Assembly: GCA_963823915.1 (NCBI GenBank)
Contig: CAWGNJ010000005.1
Span: forward strand, 119,105 to 183,104
Reading direction: 5' to 3'
Source: an uncultured Actinomycetota bacterium
GTDB taxonomy: Bacteria > Actinomycetota > Acidimicrobiia > Spongiisociales > UBA4744
Length of the DNA: 64,000 nucleotides
Both the position numbers and the translations under genes were made by a program. Of this stretch, positions 62,336 to 64,000 are shown in pieces. Each line of letters begins with the position of its first letter. The first letter of the stretch is position 1. The notes beneath the pieces are model-generated. The model was not told the origin of the DNA. It made no database searches and worked only from the letters and a program-made list of their open reading frames with translations.

Positions 62336-62776
62336 TCAGTTGGTTGTAGCGGCATGGACGTGGGCATAGAGCTGCTGCACCGCCGTGCAATCCCATATCC
62401 ATTGGCCAGACGATGGAAATTCATGGGAGCCATCCTTCGCACAGGAAATGCCTCTGATGATGTACGCCGTCTGCGGGAAGTACCTCGTAGGGGTCTTCTT
62501 GTATCCACAGCTTCCCGTGCAACTTATGCTCTCGCCATCCAGCCAGGTCCACCTCGTAGTCCAGCGTTGCCATTGTGCGTAGACGAAGTCCACATTGTTT
62601 GTTGCGCCAATGTCGGCGTATGACCAGTACTGGCTTGGTCCACTTTCGCCCCAATGCAGGTCATGGTGATTCCAAGTGCCGTGACCTGCTGCGACGGGTC
62701 CCGCGGTCAAGACCACGAGTAGGGCGATGATCACCGAACGGTTGAGAAGGCTGCGCAAACTTTTCATGGCGCTCAT
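62336..62776 (-). CDS. Secreted His/Cys-rich small protein, paralogue 1
   Basis: Signal peptide ending PVAAG, then HGTWNHHDLHW...CTGSC...CAKDGSH...C...HVH. Confidence 0.8.
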   Translation of the reverse strand: MSAMKSLRSLLNRSVIIALLVVLTAGPVAAGHGTWNHHDLHWGESGPSQYWSYADIGATNNVDFVYAQWQRWTTRWTWLDGESISCTGSCGYKKTPTRYFPQTAYIIRGISCAKDGSHEFPSSGQWIWDCTAVQQLYAHVHAATTN

Positions 62777-63394
62777 CCTTCGTGAGAGGGGTCATGGGAA
62801 TCGTGGATGAGTGCTGAGACGTCGCGGCTTGCAGCGTCCCAAAGGTCCACGGTTGGCGAGCCCGAGGCGTAAGCTGTCTTCACGTGAGGAGACCGGGGGT
62901 GGCTCCGAGCTATGGCGACTAGCGCACCATTGCTGTCTTGATAGTCGAACACCACGTCGGCGAACGTCTCCTGCAGGTAGGTCTTCCAGTCAGCGTCGGT
63001 GGTTTCGCTATGAAGCACCGTTGGCGCTAGCTGGATGGCTACGGTTCCATCCTCATCAGCGAACTCCACGAAGACAGCGCGAACGTAGCTATCCTCGCCG
63101 TTCCAGCTGGCCAGGCACGTGACGCTCACGGGCTTGGCGATGTCGATTACCTGCGCCGGGACACTTGTCCCTCGCAAGCCCACCGACGTGAGTATGTCTC
63201 CTCGCTGGCTCTCGAGATCCATGACTGCATTGCACGGATCGGGCCCGGGGCTAGAGACCTCAAGACTCTGCGGCTCGCTCTTGTCGGCAAGTGCCGTCCC
63301 AGCGAACGCGAAGTGCGGATACGACCGATAACCCTGTCAAGACGAGCAAGATTGCCCGTCTTGTGGGATTTCTCTTCTGGCCAGTTCGAATCAT
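62773..63394 (-). CDS. Secreted or membrane-anchored hypothetical protein; frameshift near 63330
   Basis: MIRTGQKRNPTRRAILLVLTG N-terminus joins ...PDPCNAVMDLESQRG... (ORF 62773..63222); its stop overlaps the next start. Confidence 0.6.
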
Positions 63395-63721
63395 GACACC
63401 AAACCCCTTTCACTCAGTACGATGTCCGTCGAATAGCACACCAAGGTTGAGACACTGGAGAGAAGGACACGCGGCGCAGTGCTGGCCTGATATTCCGAAA
63501 ACACCCCAGGTTTCAAACCCGAAATGAACACCTAGGCCGACTGAGTCATCGGTCATCGCCATTTCACAATCCCTACTCATAGCCGCTGCTATCCGTGGTC
63601 TCATTCCTGCGAAATCCTCCCTTCTGCAGCACGTGAAGCAGGAGTCCCGGGATGCCCGTCGGCGACCTTGTCCCTGATCCTCGCATCCCGTGGCTGAGTA
63701 TCGAGTGGCGAACACCTGCTA

Positions 63722-63747
63722 TGTGTCCAGTCCTTCCCGAATGTCGC
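63722..63747 (-). promoter_or_regulatory. ECF-type promoter motif, copy E
   Basis: GCGAC-ATTCGGGAAGGACT-GGACACA. Confidence 0.65.
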
Positions 63748-64000
63748 AGCCGCCAAGCGTCGTTCGCCGCTTGCTTGAACTCTGTGGATCTCTCTCGTGT
63801 CGAAGGTCTGGCGTGAGATGAACTAGACGCCGCCACCACACCAGGCAACCTGCGCCACAGGATGGTCACATCGGGTACACGCCGATGCCCGGACGGGCGA
63901 CCAGAGGACGCCTACGCCCTCATAGGTAACGCCGACACATGCAGGAGTGCTCGTTTGCTCGCGTGGCGGTTTCGCGGCGCGTTTGAGAAGCAGCCGATAT

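Larger units (their letters stand above)
50492..64000. mobile_element. Integrative mobilisable element at tRNA-Phe, extending past the window end
   Basis: tRNA 3' fragment, tyrosine integrase, Xis, MobF relaxase, accessory cargo; host-type intergenic repeats not seen here. Confidence 0.82.

Noticed and set aside
61778-62776. Paralogues as canonical AA10 LPMOs or lactococcin-972-like bacteriocins
   Set aside because: Too short for a typical AA10 domain, and no recognisable family motifs beyond the N-terminal HG; left as an unknown family.
58430-63940. Further partial promoter matches at 58451 (GAACACA), 63465 (GGACACG) and 63933 (CGACACA)
   Set aside because: None has a GC[G/A]AC element 14 nt upstream.

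Overview
High-GC actinobacterial DNA; gene content is most consistent with an Acidimicrobiia-like genome (inference). Many genes, including argS and both glnA copies, carry scattered single-base frameshifts best explained as long-read sequencing errors. Positions 1-~50,490 look like core chromosome: a divergent glnA2/glnA1 pair with a GlnR-box-like site, Eis and other GNAT acetyltransferases, hydantoinase/oxoprolinase A+B, glcDEF-like genes, argS, an Fe3+-type ABC transporter, an orphan DUF6390/HypC pair, a fused E1 2-oxoacid dehydrogenase with a Leu/Val dehydrogenase, a cyclase-STAND-TPR protein and an ABC/MoxR/DUF58/VWA operon. The intergenic gaps there hold drifting 7-bp tandem arrays and REP-like palindromes. 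From ~50,492 to the window end lies an integrative mobilisable element bounded by a displaced tRNA-Phe 3' fragment. It carries a tyrosine integrase, Xis, a MobF relaxase-helicase, and an IS110 with bridge-RNA-like regions on both sides. Its cargo looks like a self-contained ECF sigma regulon: five copies of GC[G/A]AC-N14-GGACACA sit upstream of an I36/crystallin-like gene plus sigma factor, an anti-sigma-like gene, a LuxR-like gene and two modules of unknown secreted proteins. One module includes tandem His/Cys-rich paralogues whose predicted mature N-terminus is His-Gly.
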